Shown here: positions 12,430 to 24,749 of the stretch, in pieces | Position numbering within the stretch: position 1 is the first letter of the stretch | Layout of the letters: every line of letters begins with the position of its first letter | DNA from: Malacoraja senta | Lineage: Eukaryota | Assembly (NCBI GenBank): GCA_038087875.1 | Contig: CM075993.1 | Span: 10,976,001 to 11,040,000 of the forward strand | Direction of reading: 5' to 3' | Length of the DNA stretch: 64,000 nt | Notes under the pieces: generated by a model | Told to the model about the DNA's origin: nothing | The model's database searches: none | Seen by the model: only the letters and a program-made list of their open reading frames with translations | Position numbers and translations under genes: made by a program

Positions 12430-13230
12430 ACTGGATGTGACACCCTCTATCTCCACTCCCATTATCCACTCTACCCTCACACTCTACACCCATTCTCAAT
12501 CTCCATCCTTAATGCCAACCCCAATACCCATCCTCTATGACACTCAATGCTTAGTACAAGTATCCACTCTCTATGCTCACTCCCAATGTTTACTCTCTGT
12601 CCACTATCGATGCCCGCCCTCAATGTCACACTCACCGCCTACCCTCATTGCCCACTCTCTATGTCCACTCGGTTTCCACCTTCAATGTCCACAGTGAATG
12701 CCCACACCATGAATGAATGCCCGCCATCTTCATATCCACTCTCAATGCCTACCCTTCATGCTACACTCTGCCCATTCTCATTGGCACCTTCAATGCCACT
12801 ATGTCCAGCATAATGTCCAACTCTTCGCTCTCCATACCTACTGGGATCACCCTATATACCCACTCCTATACCCACTCCAAAGACGTACAGATTTGTAGGT
12901 TAATTGGCTTGATTTGTAGGGTTAAGTTGGCGAATATATAGAGTACTGCCCTGCCGAGTACAAAATTCAGAAGGTTCAGAAGGCACTCTATATCCCACTC
13001 TTGATTGGAACGAGTGTCAAAGGAAGGAAAATGGGATTAGGAGGCAGAGATCAGCCATGATTGAATGGCGGAGTAGACTTGATGGGCCGAATGGCTTCAT
13101 TCTACTCCCATAACTTGTGAATTTGTGCCATTTTCAATGCTCACTCTATATGCCCCTTCCTTGTGCCAACTGCCTATCCCCACACTCTATCCCCACTCTA
13201 CACCCACTATATACCAGCCTCATTGCCACC
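12430..13230. repeat. Degenerate C-rich low-complexity/tandem array (CACTCTAT / CAATGCCC motifs) with small SINE and CR1 pieces
   Basis: Recurrent CACTCTA, CCCACTCT and TCAATGCC words at roughly 10-20 bp spacing. Confidence 0.55.
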
Positions 13231-15479
13231 GTCAACGCCCGCCGTAGGGCGACGAGCAGGTACAACCAAGATGTGTAAACCAAGTTGGTAGAAGGTCGAG
13301 CAGCGACGCCGCCAAGATGGAGCGGCCGTGGGCCACCGGAAATCCCCGCAGCGAGCGATGAATCTGCCGGCTCGCAGGGAACTAAAGCCGCGGCGGAGAA
13401 TAAAAGAAATTGTAAGCGAGCTTTAATTCAACAAATGATATTGTTTGATATTGACTCGACTCCGAACAATGTTGTCCCACTATCGTCTGTTAGATGGAAA
13501 GCCTAGTCCCTTTTACCCCTTTCTTACATTTGTTCCCTATTGTTGGGCGATGCCGCAATCGACGGCAAACGTGTGAAAGTAGCTGTTTGATTCGTTTTTC
13601 ATCCCAGTGACCCCTTGGCTTTGTCTCCCGTCACCCTGCGAATGTCATGCCTGAACACTTCGCTTAGAGAGTCTTCAGAACGTTGCTTTGTTATTCAATT
13701 TCAGACACACACAGAACCCTCTCTGTAACAGATACTTCAAATGCATCGCAGTTCAGAAGTGCAATGTAATTTAGTTTAGAGAACTTTTGTCTCTCTTTGT
13801 AGAGACGACCAACCAAGACACACATTACACGGCCGTTCCGGCGCTACCATAACACCAATTTTATCACATCAACTGTTCTAAAATTTAATCAGATGCCGGG
13901 GCAATGCAGAAAGTTACCCGCACGCATCTGATTTATTTTTTAACCACTAACTCTGCGTTGATTTCCAAATTCGAGAATTATTTTTTTTCGAAACCCAGTT
14001 GACAGGAGACTGGAGACGGCAAAATTAAAAAAAAAAGGTAACGTGGTTTGTTTGAAGGCGGTTCGGCGAATAACGCAGAGTTTATATTGGAAATGAAAAG
14101 AAAAACAAACAAAGTTGATTAGTCTCAAGACACCGAAGTTTTAAGGCGATGTTTGAGGACAAAACTCTTCGCCTCAGGCGCGTCTCCGATCCACAAAGAG
14201 GTGCCCGGTATCAACACTCATTAATACACATTGTTATAATACTCGTTGTTAATACTCATAGATTATATATATTTTGTTAAAGTATTAAACATACGGCCTT
14301 CTCGAAATCAGTCAGTGGTTGCCCAGTACATGTGCGGTCACAGCGTGGAGTTGACTTTCTACAGGGGAAGCGATGTTTGTAAGCGCAGTTTTTTTTTGCA
14401 GCCTTGGTAACCGCAAGGCGAAACTAAGCGAGCCTCACCCCCCCCCACCCGCGCCCGTGTTTAGTAAATATTCGGGGGGTCATTGCAAGTTCCTATCTCC
14501 ATATTTTCATCTAAAAACTCGAAATGAACCACACCTGCGCGTTTAAGGCGTGTAAACATTAGCGATCAAAACCAATATTGTGTTTGTCATTTGTCTGGTT
14601 GGTTAGGGAGTGTTTGGATGCGGATAGAGGCGGTTGTGGATTTATGGGGGGGAATTACCATAAATTATTACTAACCTGGTTCGTGTGTGGTCTTGCTTTT
14701 GGGAAGAGACCTAATGCAAACTCTCCGCGCAGTAACGGGACAGTTGTTTGAGATGAAGACTAAACGGTTATTATAGCGAGTCTTTTGTTTTTTATCTACA
14801 TATTAATATAATTGACTTCTGGGCGTTTTATGTGGTATTAGCTGCAATCCCTCTCCACATTTGCATGTAATTTTACCAGTAGATCACCCACATATTCCGA
14901 TGCCTGCGCGCATATTAAAGTCTAATTTCCCACAGAAAGCATTTAAAAAGTTTTTGCACAGCTATTTTCGCATGTGTTTTTTTTTCCTCGCGAGGTGACA
15001 TTGATTGATTCAAGTAGCCTGATTAATAAGAGGAAACGTGCGCTCGCATTCAAACCGGCCTCCGCCAGCATTTTAATATTAATGACACGATTTAATCTCT
15101 AGAAATAACCGTGTTTAAGTTACGATTTGGCGAGTTACTAATACGCATTGAACCAGCACTTTGGTTTTTTTTAATGAAAGCTTCTGGTTTCGAATTCGCT
15201 AAAGGATATAAAAATTATAGAAAGGTCCATTTGTAAGTTAGCTCGTGTCTGGCGCAGGGAATTGTACATTTTTTTAGTCAACGTTTTAAAGTTCGCAGTT
15301 CAGTCTTGGGAGTCAGTACATTCGGCTTCCTACTGCGTGCTGGCTATCGACGAGGCAGCTTCAAATAGCCGGACGTGTGGTGTGTTGTTAACCCGAGGTT
15401 TTTTTTCCTGGGTAGCAGATGAACCGGGGAGAAAGATAGCCGGTCATTGAGGACATTAACAAAAATACAAGCCATCTCC

Positions 15480-16196
15480 ACCCTCTCGGGGATTCCACAG
15501 GGATTCGCTGGTCGGGTGGGAATGGCAGATTAAACGTGCCGGTAGAGTGTAGCGGTGGCTGACCGCGCCGTTCTCCGTTACAGGGCACCTTTCTCGCTTT
15601 CTGCTTATTTTTCACTCTTCCGATTTGACCCCTAACTGTGTGGGGATGTAAATGGATTCTATTGGCCGGCGGTAGCCATGTAAATAGGTGTAAATGTAAG
15701 CAGGCACCGCTTTTTCCCAAATGCGCCAGATCATGTGACGACGGGAGCGCTACATTAGCTGAGTGCCTCGCACATGTCAGCACTAAATGAAGGTACTAGC
15801 GGCGATGGGAGCAGTCAGTCGGCGGCAGTGAGGGAGCAGCGGGGCCCTTGGCTGCAACACTGCGGAAACGCACCGTCCGTCCGCCCACCCGCCCCGGTCT
15901 CGCAGACAGCCCACCTCTGATCGCTCGCATCAATTCAACCAACATCTCTGGTGTGAGCGGGTGAACCACAGCCAACATTTCACCCAGAGAGAGAAAGAGA
16001 GAGAGAAAGAGAGAGTGAGAGAGAGAGAGAGACCGAAGAGCAGCAGATTCCAGAGTCGACTCTCTGCCAAGTTGGGCTAACTTTGAGGTGGGGGCTAGTC
16101 TCTGAACTTTGAGCGGGTGAGATCATTCCTCAAGACTTGAATTGTGGTTTCGTGTTTGTTTTTTTTCCCTTCTGCTTTTTGTTGTTGTTTTGGTTG
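15480..16196 (+). promoter_or_regulatory. Putative FOXB1 promoter and 5' UTR in a CpG-rich region
   Basis: Inverted CCAAT (ATTGG 15661-15665), three TGTAAAT motifs (15647, 15679, 15689), E-box TCATGTGAC (15731), GC box-like CCGCCC, (GA)n tract; no TSS evidence. Confidence 0.55.
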
Positions 16197-17147
16197 ATGA
16201 TGCCTCGCCCGGGCAGGAACACGTATAGCGACCAGAAGCCACCTTACTCCTACATCTCGTTGACCGCCATGGCTATCCAAAGCTCTCCGGAAAAGATGCT
16301 GCCTCTCAGCGAGATCTACAAGTTTATCATGGACCGCTTCCCTTACTACCGGGAGAACACACAGAGGTGGCAGAACTCGCTCAGACACAACCTCTCTTTC
16401 AATGATTGCTTCATCAAAATCCCTCGGAGACCCGACCAGCCGGGCAAGGGCAGTTTTTGGGCTCTTCATCCCAACTGCGGAGACATGTTTGAGAACGGCA
16501 GCTTCCTGAGACGCCGCAAACGTTTCAAGGTGTTGAAGGCAGACCATTTGGCGGTGAATAAGCAATCGGACGCCACGCACTATCTCCAACAACAAGCCAA
16601 GCTTCGGCTAAGCGCACTGGCCGTGTCGGGCACACACCTGCCCCAGATACCCACCTACAACATGGGAGTCTCGCAAAGCTCAAGTTTCAAGCACCCCTTC
16701 GCCATCGAGAACATTATCGCCAGAGAGTACAAAAACGTGATGTCCAGCGGGCTGGCTTTCTCGGCCGTTCAGCCCATGCACACCGGCTATCCCATGCACT
16801 CAGTGGGAACGGCGTGGCCTCACATGTACAGTACCACGGTTATGGACACGGCGCCGCAGCTCTCCGTGCCCACTGGCGATTACAGCGCCTACGGGGTCCC
16901 ACTCAAGCCGCTGTGCCACGGCGGGCAGACACTACCGGCCATCCCCGTGCCCATCAAACCGTCGCCGGCCAGCGTGTCCGTCCTGCCGGCGTTACCCGCG
17001 CCCATCTCGGCCATCCTGTCCAACAATGTTTCCACGTTGAGTCCCACCTCCCCGCTGATCGGCAGCGGGCATCGAAGCCCAAGCCCCAGTCCCGGCGACA
17101 CGTTGAGCAGCGCCGGCGCAGCTTTGCAGTCGGTAGCTGTGCACTGA
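16197..17147 (+). CDS. FOXB1: Forkhead box protein B1 (316 aa from ATG 16197; conserved start probably ATG 16200)
   Basis: [71 protein letters not shown] forkhead domain with FOXB1-type residues; EH1 motif [10 protein letters not shown]-terminus ...LQSVAVH; single open exon. Confidence 0.97.
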   Translation: MMPRPGRNTYSDQKPPYSYISLTAMAIQSSPEKMLPLSEIYKFIMDRFPYYRENTQRWQNSLRHNLSFNDCFIKIPRRPDQPGKGSFWALHPNCGDMFENGSFLRRRKRFKVLKADHLAVNKQSDATHYLQQQAKLRLSALAVSGTHLPQIPTYNMGVSQSSSFKHPFAIENIIAREYKNVMSSGLAFSAVQPMHTGYPMHSVGTAWPHMYSTTVMDTAPQLSVPTGDYSAYGVPLKPLCHGGQTLPAIPVPIKPSPASVSVLPALPAPISAILSNNVSTLSPTSPLIGSGHRSPSPSPGDTLSSAGAALQSVAVH

Positions 17148-17551
17148 CATTGGGGGAAGAAGAGGTGAAGAACAGGGCCCGGCTCTCTCTAAAGTTTACC
17201 GGAGGTTTGCGAAACGCAGGGGAGAGAGAGAGAGAGTGAGAGAGTGAGATCGGCCCGGTGTATAAATGTATATGTAAGCGGCTGGCGTGTATAGCAGGAG
17301 CTTGTGAATACGTGCACTTTTCCCCACATTTGCTTCACTTTTAGGTCCCCCGTCAATCGCTAACCATCAATGCCAATGTTTTCTAATCGTGTCGTGAAAG
17401 CATTTGTTAACACTTGTAAAAAAAAAAGTCGACTTTCAGTAATGTTCGGCGGCATGATGGATGTAAGATTGTTAGTTGCAGCATGCATGTGTTACACGGA
17501 AATATTGTCTGCTTTTAAATTATGAACTAGGTGATCGAAAAATATTTTCTC

Positions 17552-17557
17552 ATTAAA
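17552..17557 (+). promoter_or_regulatory. Candidate FOXB1 polyadenylation signal (ATTAAA)
   Basis: Variant PAS about 400 bp after the stop in an AT-rich 3' UTR-like stretch; not validated. Confidence 0.3.
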
Positions 17558-17997
17558 AGAACTCTACAATGGAGGAAATCGCCGCGTGTTGCAGTCACTA
17601 ACAAACACACCAAGGTTGCGACGGTGTTCTCCCTCTGCCCGCCCGATCTTGGGATCGAACCGCGGCCGAAAGTTGAACGGGAGCCTTGGATGGGGGTTTA
17701 AGACAGGGAAATGCAAAACTTTGCAACGGGGTGGAGCATAGCACCAATAGGACCTCCAACAATGCGTGGGAGACAAAGACACGGACTTCTAAAATCGCCC
17801 AAGGAAATGCGAATTCCGCTGGCCGTTTTTGATTTTGATTTTGTTTTAAATAGCACTCGGCAGTCTTAGTACCAGGTGCTGTACCGAGTAAATAAGATAT
17901 TCCCGCGCCCCCACCCCCAAATTCTAAGTTTGTGGCTAGTATTTAATTCTGCTGTGGGAATGTATTGAAAGAGCCGTCTGTTTTATAAACATATATA

Positions 17998-18093
17998 AAG
18001 GTAGACACAACACGCTGGAGTAACTCAGCGGGTCAGGCAGCATCTCTGGAGAGAAGGAATAGGTGATGTTTCGGGTCGATACCCTTCTTCAGA
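17998..18093 (-). mobile_element. Penelope-like repeat fragment
   Basis: GTAGACAC...GAGTAACTCAGCGGGTCAGGCAGCATCTCTGG...TTTCGGGTCGATACCCTTCTTCAGA. Confidence 0.7.
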
Positions 18094-18720
18094 TATATTA
18101 TCAACAAGAGCCCGCATCAATCTGCATTTTGTTAATTCAGTTAAAAACACAGTTGGCAGAAGTAGCGTGGATCAGTATTATTCCTCTTTGATTTCTATTC
18201 TGCGCGGTGGAATTTAAACATGGTCCACGCTCCCGTTTCTCCAACAGCCGGTTAGCGGTCACTAATCTCCGGTCCACACGGTGCAGGAGCGAGGACTGTG
18301 AACCGGGGCGGGGCGGGGGGGGGGGGGGGGGGGGGGGCTCGGGTCGGGCGAGTTATCCCCGGAGCTTTCGAGCAACTAAACACAAGTGGGAAAGGTGGAT
18401 CCGATTGTTTGAGAACGAGAGATAATGAACCTTCAGACAGCATCTGCGTGGGAGCCTTTCTTTAGATATCTAATTGTAGAGATGCCACACACAAACAAGG
18501 GGGAGAAAACCGGGCCACTTCTCTCAGCGACGGCTGATTAAAATGCATGAAGTCGCCGGCCCGTCACACAAGGGACACCGAGACCATTCATCACGCATTG
18601 AGCACAATTATATCAACAAGCTTTGCAAAAGAATACCACCTACTTAAAAACTCATCATTATATCCGTTCACGGGAAAATCTATGGAGACATCTGAACTAT
18701 GTGGCTGCAATGCAAACAAC

Positions 18721-18761
18721 TGTGTGTGTGTGTGTGTGTGTGTATGTGTGTGTGTGTGTGT

Positions 18762-18802
<41 letters not shown>

Positions 18803-19065
18803 TGTATGTGTATGTGTGAGTGAGTGTATGTGTGTGTGTATGTGTGTGTGTATGTGTGTGTGTGTATGTGTGTGTGTATGTGTGTGTGTGTATGTGTGTG
18901 TGTGTGTGTGTATGTGTGTGTGTATGTGTGTGTGTATGTGTGTGTGTGTATGTGTGAGTGAGTGTATGTGTGTGTGTATGTGAGTGAGTGTATGTGTGAG
19001 TGAGTGTATGTGTGAGTGTATGTGTGTGTGTGTGTGTGTGTGTGTATGTGAGTGAGTGTATGTGT

Positions 19066-19106
<41 letters not shown>

Positions 19107-19425
19107 TGTGTATGTGTGTGTGTATGTGTGTGTGTATGTGTGTGTGTATGTGTGTGTGTATGTGTGTGTGTGTATGTGTGAGCGTGTGTAAGAAGGAACT
19201 GCAGATGCTGGTTTTAACCGAAGATAGACACAAAATGCTGGAGTAACTCAGCCGGTCAGGCAGCATCTCTGGAGAGAAGGAATAGGTGACAATTCGGGTC
19301 GAGACCCTTCTTCACACTGTGTTTTGTGTGGGTGTGTGGGTGTGTTTGTGTGGGTGTGTTTGTGTGGGTGTGTGTGTGTGGGTGTGTGTGTGTGTATGTG
19401 TGTGGGTGTGTGTGTGTATGTGTGT

Positions 19426-19488
<63 letters not shown>

Positions 19489-19497
19489 TGGGTGTGT

Positions 19498-19538
<41 letters not shown>

Positions 19539-19560
19539 TGTGTGTGTGTGTGTATGTGTG
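18721..19560. repeat. Compound (TG)n/(TGTA) microsatellite with a Penelope-like fragment inserted at about 19190-19315
   Basis: Directly visible dinucleotide repeats. Confidence 0.95.
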
Positions 19561-20295
19561 CAAAACCGCCGATTCGCACCATATCGCCGCCACGAAATCA
19601 AAGGCACCTCCTTCAGCGGAAACATAATCTGTGCCTTTCTTTAAAAGAAACTAACAAGAATGTATCTAATTAATATGTTTCAATTGCAGCTTCAGTGAGA
19701 GCGCGGGAGAGAGGGAGAGAGAGGGAGAGAGAGAAAGAGAGACGGTCAAGAGGCGGCAGCGGACTAACAATAACTCAGACCCCACTCCTGGAATCCGTGA
19801 ACAGTTCACTCTGTTTTCTAATTCAGCGTTTTCGGTTGCTGGAAAAGTGTAGAAATCAGACCAGTGTGTTGCCCGATTGAGTTAGATGGTTTAATGGGCG
19901 AACGGAATGAAAAACCGAACTGTTGCAAAGGAGAATACGCAGTTGAGAAACGGGGACCCATTGAATGCTATTAAACAAATATATTAGAATCCTGTCAGTT
20001 TTCGCAATTAACTAGATCAAATACAGGTTGAGGAACTTCATTCAGGCCCATTCACTTCAATAGAAGCGGTGAAGAATAGCCAACGCGTACTGGGCCACCG
20101 ATGTAGATTTAGCCTTTTTAAGAGACAAAACATTGGCTTCTCACAAGCACATTTCTGACCGCGGTACTAGGCGACCGGCCTCCGAACCCGACAGGAATTT
20201 AAATTCAGCTTAACCCTTTCATTTGACCGCGAACCCGCGTTGTTAAACGGCTACGGAGGACACACCGGCAGGGCTTAAAACTCAGGCCATTCTTA

Positions 20296-20692
20296 TGGTC
20301 TCGACCCGAAACGTCACCCATTCCTTCTCTCCAGAGATGCTGCCTGTCCCGCTGAGTTACTCCAGCATTTTGTGTCTATCTGCCATTCTTAAAGCAGATG
20401 GAATCGGCGTGAGTTCGGATCAGTTTCTCAGCTACTCATTGCCTGTAACTTGCTTTTACCTCGTCCACAGTTACAAATGGCCAGTTTCCTTTATCATCCC
20501 CACTTTTCTTTTGCATATCTCTCATTTATTTATTCTATATTTCTCCACATCACCGTCTATATCTCTCGTTTCCCTCTCCCCTGACTTTCAGTCTGAATAA
20601 GGGTCTCTACCCGAAACGTCACCTATTCCTTTTTCTCCAGAGATGCTGCCTGTCCCGCTGAGTTACTCCAGCTTTTGTTTTTGCGTCTATCT
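20296..20692 (+). mobile_element. Penelope-like repeat, tandem 3' UTR/pLTR fragments
   Basis: Two direct copies of the ACCCGAAACGTCACC...CCCGCTGAGTTACTCCAGC module separated by pyrimidine-rich UTR sequence. Confidence 0.65.
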
Positions 20693-21254
20693 TTAGTTCG
20701 GCGAGGCTGGTACATGTTCCCTGCGTGGGCTGGGGAGATCAGCCTGAAAGTCTTAAAATTCTCAGCTTGATCATTTACACGCGAAGACTCGGTGCGGGCG
20801 TTACACAGACGAAATGTCAGAGTGTGTTCGCGACACCAGTGATACAACCGCCCGCGAATTTCCAGGAATCAGAGGTACAAAGAGTGACTTTCAGACATCG
20901 AGTACCAATTCTCAGCCATTTGTTCAATATCCCCAACCGCGCCGCCCCTGCAGCGCCGGCCAATTGTCAGATATTACGCAAGTTTCACCGCACAGATTGC
21001 GGAAAGTACAACTCGCGGGAGCGACTTCCCTGAAACTTTTAGACTCTTAATAAATCCATTTATATTTTAAAAAAATAAGCGAGGGCAGTGGTGATTTTTT
21101 TATTTCCGATTCACAAACACAAGGTGCGAATGGACACATCAGCCCCGCGCCCCCGCTCCTAACTTTGAGGAGAAAGCGCCAGTATTACGATTCATTTCCG
21201 CAAAGCCGGTGCGCATTTCGCCGCAGTCCCGCACAGGCTCCGAATATCCGCAAT

Positions 21255-21378
21255 GTCTGAAGAAGGGTCTCGACCCGAAACGTCACCCATTCCTTCTCTC
21301 CAGAGATGCTGCCTGTCCCGCTGAGTTACTCCAGCATTTTGTGTCTATCTTCGGTGTAAACCAGCATCTGTAGTTGCT
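21255..21378 (+). mobile_element. Penelope-like repeat with intact hammerhead-like core
   Basis: CTGAAGAAGGGTCTCGACCCGAAACGTC at 21257-21284. Confidence 0.7.
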
Positions 21379-23104
21379 TTAACCCCAATGCTTTAAACCC
21401 ACAATCGCCGACATTAAGAGCCACGACGCGAATCACACTTTCTCCAAAACCTCCTGTCAAGATTGTAGCATCTGTGGTTTCTGGAGTTTAATATTTCCTT
21501 CCCCGCTTTAGGTATTGTCGAAAGGGGAACAGTTTTACAATACCTGCCAGCAATCAACTAGTCTGTCGTATTAATATAACACAGTGGGGTTTTATTTTAA
21601 AAAGAGACCACATTTTAGGGCGGTCAGGAAATAGTTCAGGGTAAGGAATTGCTACAAGGCAGCTGCGCGATTCCTGTTTTATTGCGACAGAGATGGCTAA
21701 TGCTGCCAGCAATGTTAGCCTTGTACCATATACATTTTTTACAATCATAGTGGTAATTTAGACAAGCGGATGAGAAGCATGCTGCATGATAAACCTATAT
21801 CTCATTATTATGCAAAATAACAAGATATACACAGTGACTGTCCAATCTGTTTATAGCTCATCTGGAAATTTTACTCATCTGGAAATTTTAATACTGTTCA
21901 GAAGCAATGAAATTCAGATCTATACATCAAATCTTTAACCTGCACCCATCATTGTGTGTCATAATCCAGACGGAGAGACCATCAGCTCTGTTTACTGAGA
22001 ACATCATTTTATTAACTCGTCACAGAACGGATAGTGGGGAAACGTACTGCGGGATCACTGATGAATCAGGCGATGGACTCGACAAGATTCTGCACGGCCG
22101 GGCGAAAACAAAAAAGGATGGTTAGGCTAGTAACGATGAAATATTGGCCGGCCTTTAGAAAACCCTGTGTTGCAGTTTAATTAAAAGAATTCATTAAACT
22201 GGTAGCCCATCCAGGTAATTAGTATGCATAATTTATGTTTTGCCTAATACACAAGGGCAGTAGCCTGAATAATAAACCAACTTAACCTTAGGAAAATAGA
22301 TTGAACGGACAGCCGTTTACTACTTAGTTTAAGATCACATTCTGACGAATGTCAAAGGGCAATATTTACAGCGAGTCGCTGATACCAGCATTTCCCATCT
22401 CGGGCACAATAATCCCGCACCTCCTTAATGACTAAATAAATGCACAAAACACAAAGGATTTAACTAGGTGTGATTTTTACAAAAACGCATTTTATAATCG
22501 GGTTGCGCTGCTCCGGCAGATTATCCATCTTTAAGGGTCTCGCTGGTCGCAATATTTCAGTCTGCGCTGCGAATCGGAACGGGAAGGTATAAAATCAACT
22601 CGTATAAAAATCAACAGTTTTGAGACAATACAAGTTAGAGATGCGAACAATAGGCCGGAGGCAACGCGCCATTCCGTTCGGACAGGGTGCAATATTTAGA
22701 AAGCGAATGGTCTCTTTTAAGTAAATCGATTGCCCACAGGTTTTCGACGTCCAAAATTTAGATAGAATTCCAGTTTAAAAAAACAGTGGGATTTATCCCC
22801 TAATTGTAGAGCGGTCGTATAACACCCCCCTTGCCAGATAAGTCAGGTTGGGGTTTGTGGGGGGGGGGGGGGGGGGAGTTTGTGGATGGTTAAGGCATGA
22901 GACCGAAATACTGGGCACCTGTTCAAGGAGGTTCGAGAGTCGTTGCTAAAAGGAAAAAAAATGACATGGATCTAAAGGATGGAAATAATGAAATTCAGAA
23001 CCGTTCCTTTAAAAGGAATCAACAAGAAATAATGGCAGTAATCTTATCTGGAGAAAATATGACTGCACATCAATGGGACTGCGAGGCAGAATGTCAAATA
23101 CACA

Positions 23105-24749
23105 CAGTTGGGCAAAGACCTATCGTTTATTTATTTGCCTCTGTACTCCACAATTTTAGATTTGTAATAGAAAAAAAAAATCACATGTGGTTAAAGTGCA
23201 CATTGTCCGATTTTAATAAAGGCCATTTTTATACATTTTGGTTTCACCATGTAGAAATTACAGCAGTGTTTATACATGCCCCCCCCCCCCCCCCCATTTC
23301 AGGGCACCATAATGTTTGGAACACAGCAATGTCATGTAAATGAAAGTAGTCGTGTTTAGTATTTTGTTGCATATCCTTTGCATGCAATGACTGCTTGAAG
23401 TCTGTGATTCATGGACATCACCAGTTGCTGGGTGTCTTCTCTGGTGATGCTCTGCCAGGCCTGTATTGCAGCCATCTTTAGCTTATGCTTGGTTTGGGGG
23501 CCAGTCCCCTTCAGTTTTCTCTTCAGCATATAAAAGGCATGATCAAGTGGGTTCAGATCAGGTGATTGACTTGGCCACTCACGAATTGACCATTATTTAG
23601 CTTTAAAAAACTCCTTTGTTGCTTTAGCAGTATGTTTGGGATCATTGTCTTGCTGTAGAATGAACCGCCGTCCAATGAGTTTTGACGCATTTGTTTGAAC
23701 TTGAGCAGATAGGATGTGTCTATACACTTCAGAATTCATTATGCTACTACCATCAGCAGTTGTATCCTCAATGAAGATAAGTGAGCCAGTGCCTTCAGCA
23801 GCCATACATGCCCAGGCCATAACACTCCCACGACCGTGTTTCACAGATGAGGTGGTATGCTTTGGATCTTGGGCAGTTCCTTCTCTCCTCCATACTTTGC
23901 TCTTGCCATCACTCTGATATAAGTTAATCTTTGTCTCATCTGTCCACAAGACCTTTTTCCAGAACTGTGGTTGCTCTTTTAAGTACTTCTTGGCAAACTG
24001 TAACCTGGCCATCCATTTGTGTGGCTAACCAGTGGTTTGCATCTTGCAGTGTAGCCTCTGTATTTCTGTTCATGAAGTCTTCTGTGGACAGTGGTCATTG
24101 ACAAATCCACATCTTACTCCTGAAGAGTGTTTCTGATCTGTCGGACAGCTGTTTGGGGATTTTTCTTTATTATAGAGAGAATTCTTCTGTCATCAGCTGT
24201 GGAGGTCTTCCTTGGCCTGCCAGTCCCTTTGCGATTAGTACGCTCATAAGTGCTCTCTTTCTTCTTAATGACGTTCCAAACAGTTGATTTTGGTAAGCCT
24301 AAGGTTTGGCTGATGTCTCCAACAGTTTTATTCTTGTTTCTCACTCATAATGGCTTCTTTGACTTTCATCAGCACAACTTTGGTCCTCGTGTTGATAAAC
24401 AGCAATATAAGTTTCCAAAGGTGATGGAAAGACTGGAGGAAAGACTAGATGCTGAGAACTCTTTTATACCTGCATTAAGGAGGCAATTAAACACACCTGA
24501 GCAATTACAAACACCTGTGTAGCCATGTGTCCCAAACATTATGGTGCCTGAAATGGGGGGACTATGTATAAACACAACTGTAATTTCTACATGGTGAAAC
24601 CAAAATGTATAAAAATTGCCTTGATTAAAATCTGACAATGTGCACTTTAACCACATGTGATTTTTTTCTATTACAAATCTCAAATTGTGGAGTACAGAGG
24701 CAAATAAATAAATGATGGGTCTTTGTCCCAAACATTATGGCGGGCACTG
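23105..24749 (-). mobile_element. Tc1/mariner DNA transposon (IR/DR type), inactive
   Basis: About 220-bp TIRs (23105-23324, 24527-24749) with internal direct repeats CCATAATGTTTGGRAC; right end CACTG followed by TA; transposase remnants on the minus strand. Confidence 0.93.
23356..24390 (-). pseudogene. Tc1 transposase pseudogene (DD34E family)
   Basis: HTH/GRPR (KGTGRPRKTS), WTDETKINL, QQDNDPKH, WPSQSPDLNPLD, KGYATKY*; probable start reads ACG, in-frame TAA at about 23593, frameshifts. Confidence 0.9.

Noticed and set aside
13290..13400. YY1-like (CAAGATGGAG) and ETS-like (ACCGGAAAT) motifs as a second promoter
   Set aside because: Imperfect short motifs with no associated transcript evidence.
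16137..16196. 20-aa N-terminal extension of the FOXB1 ORF in the track
   Set aside because: Starts at TTG in a T-rich UTR-like tract; the conserved protein begins at MPRPGRN.
16095..16595. 166-aa antisense ORF over the forkhead domain
   Set aside because: Typical shadow frame of a GC-rich CDS with no recognisable motif.
16197..17147. Assignment as FOXB2
   Set aside because: The residues GRNTY, QSSPEK, LSEIY, MDRF and RENT and the SVAVH end match FOXB1 as recalled.
22897..23343. 148-aa ORF
   Set aside because: Runs from flanking DNA into the Tc1 TIR; mirrored by ORF 24369-24731 in the other TIR.
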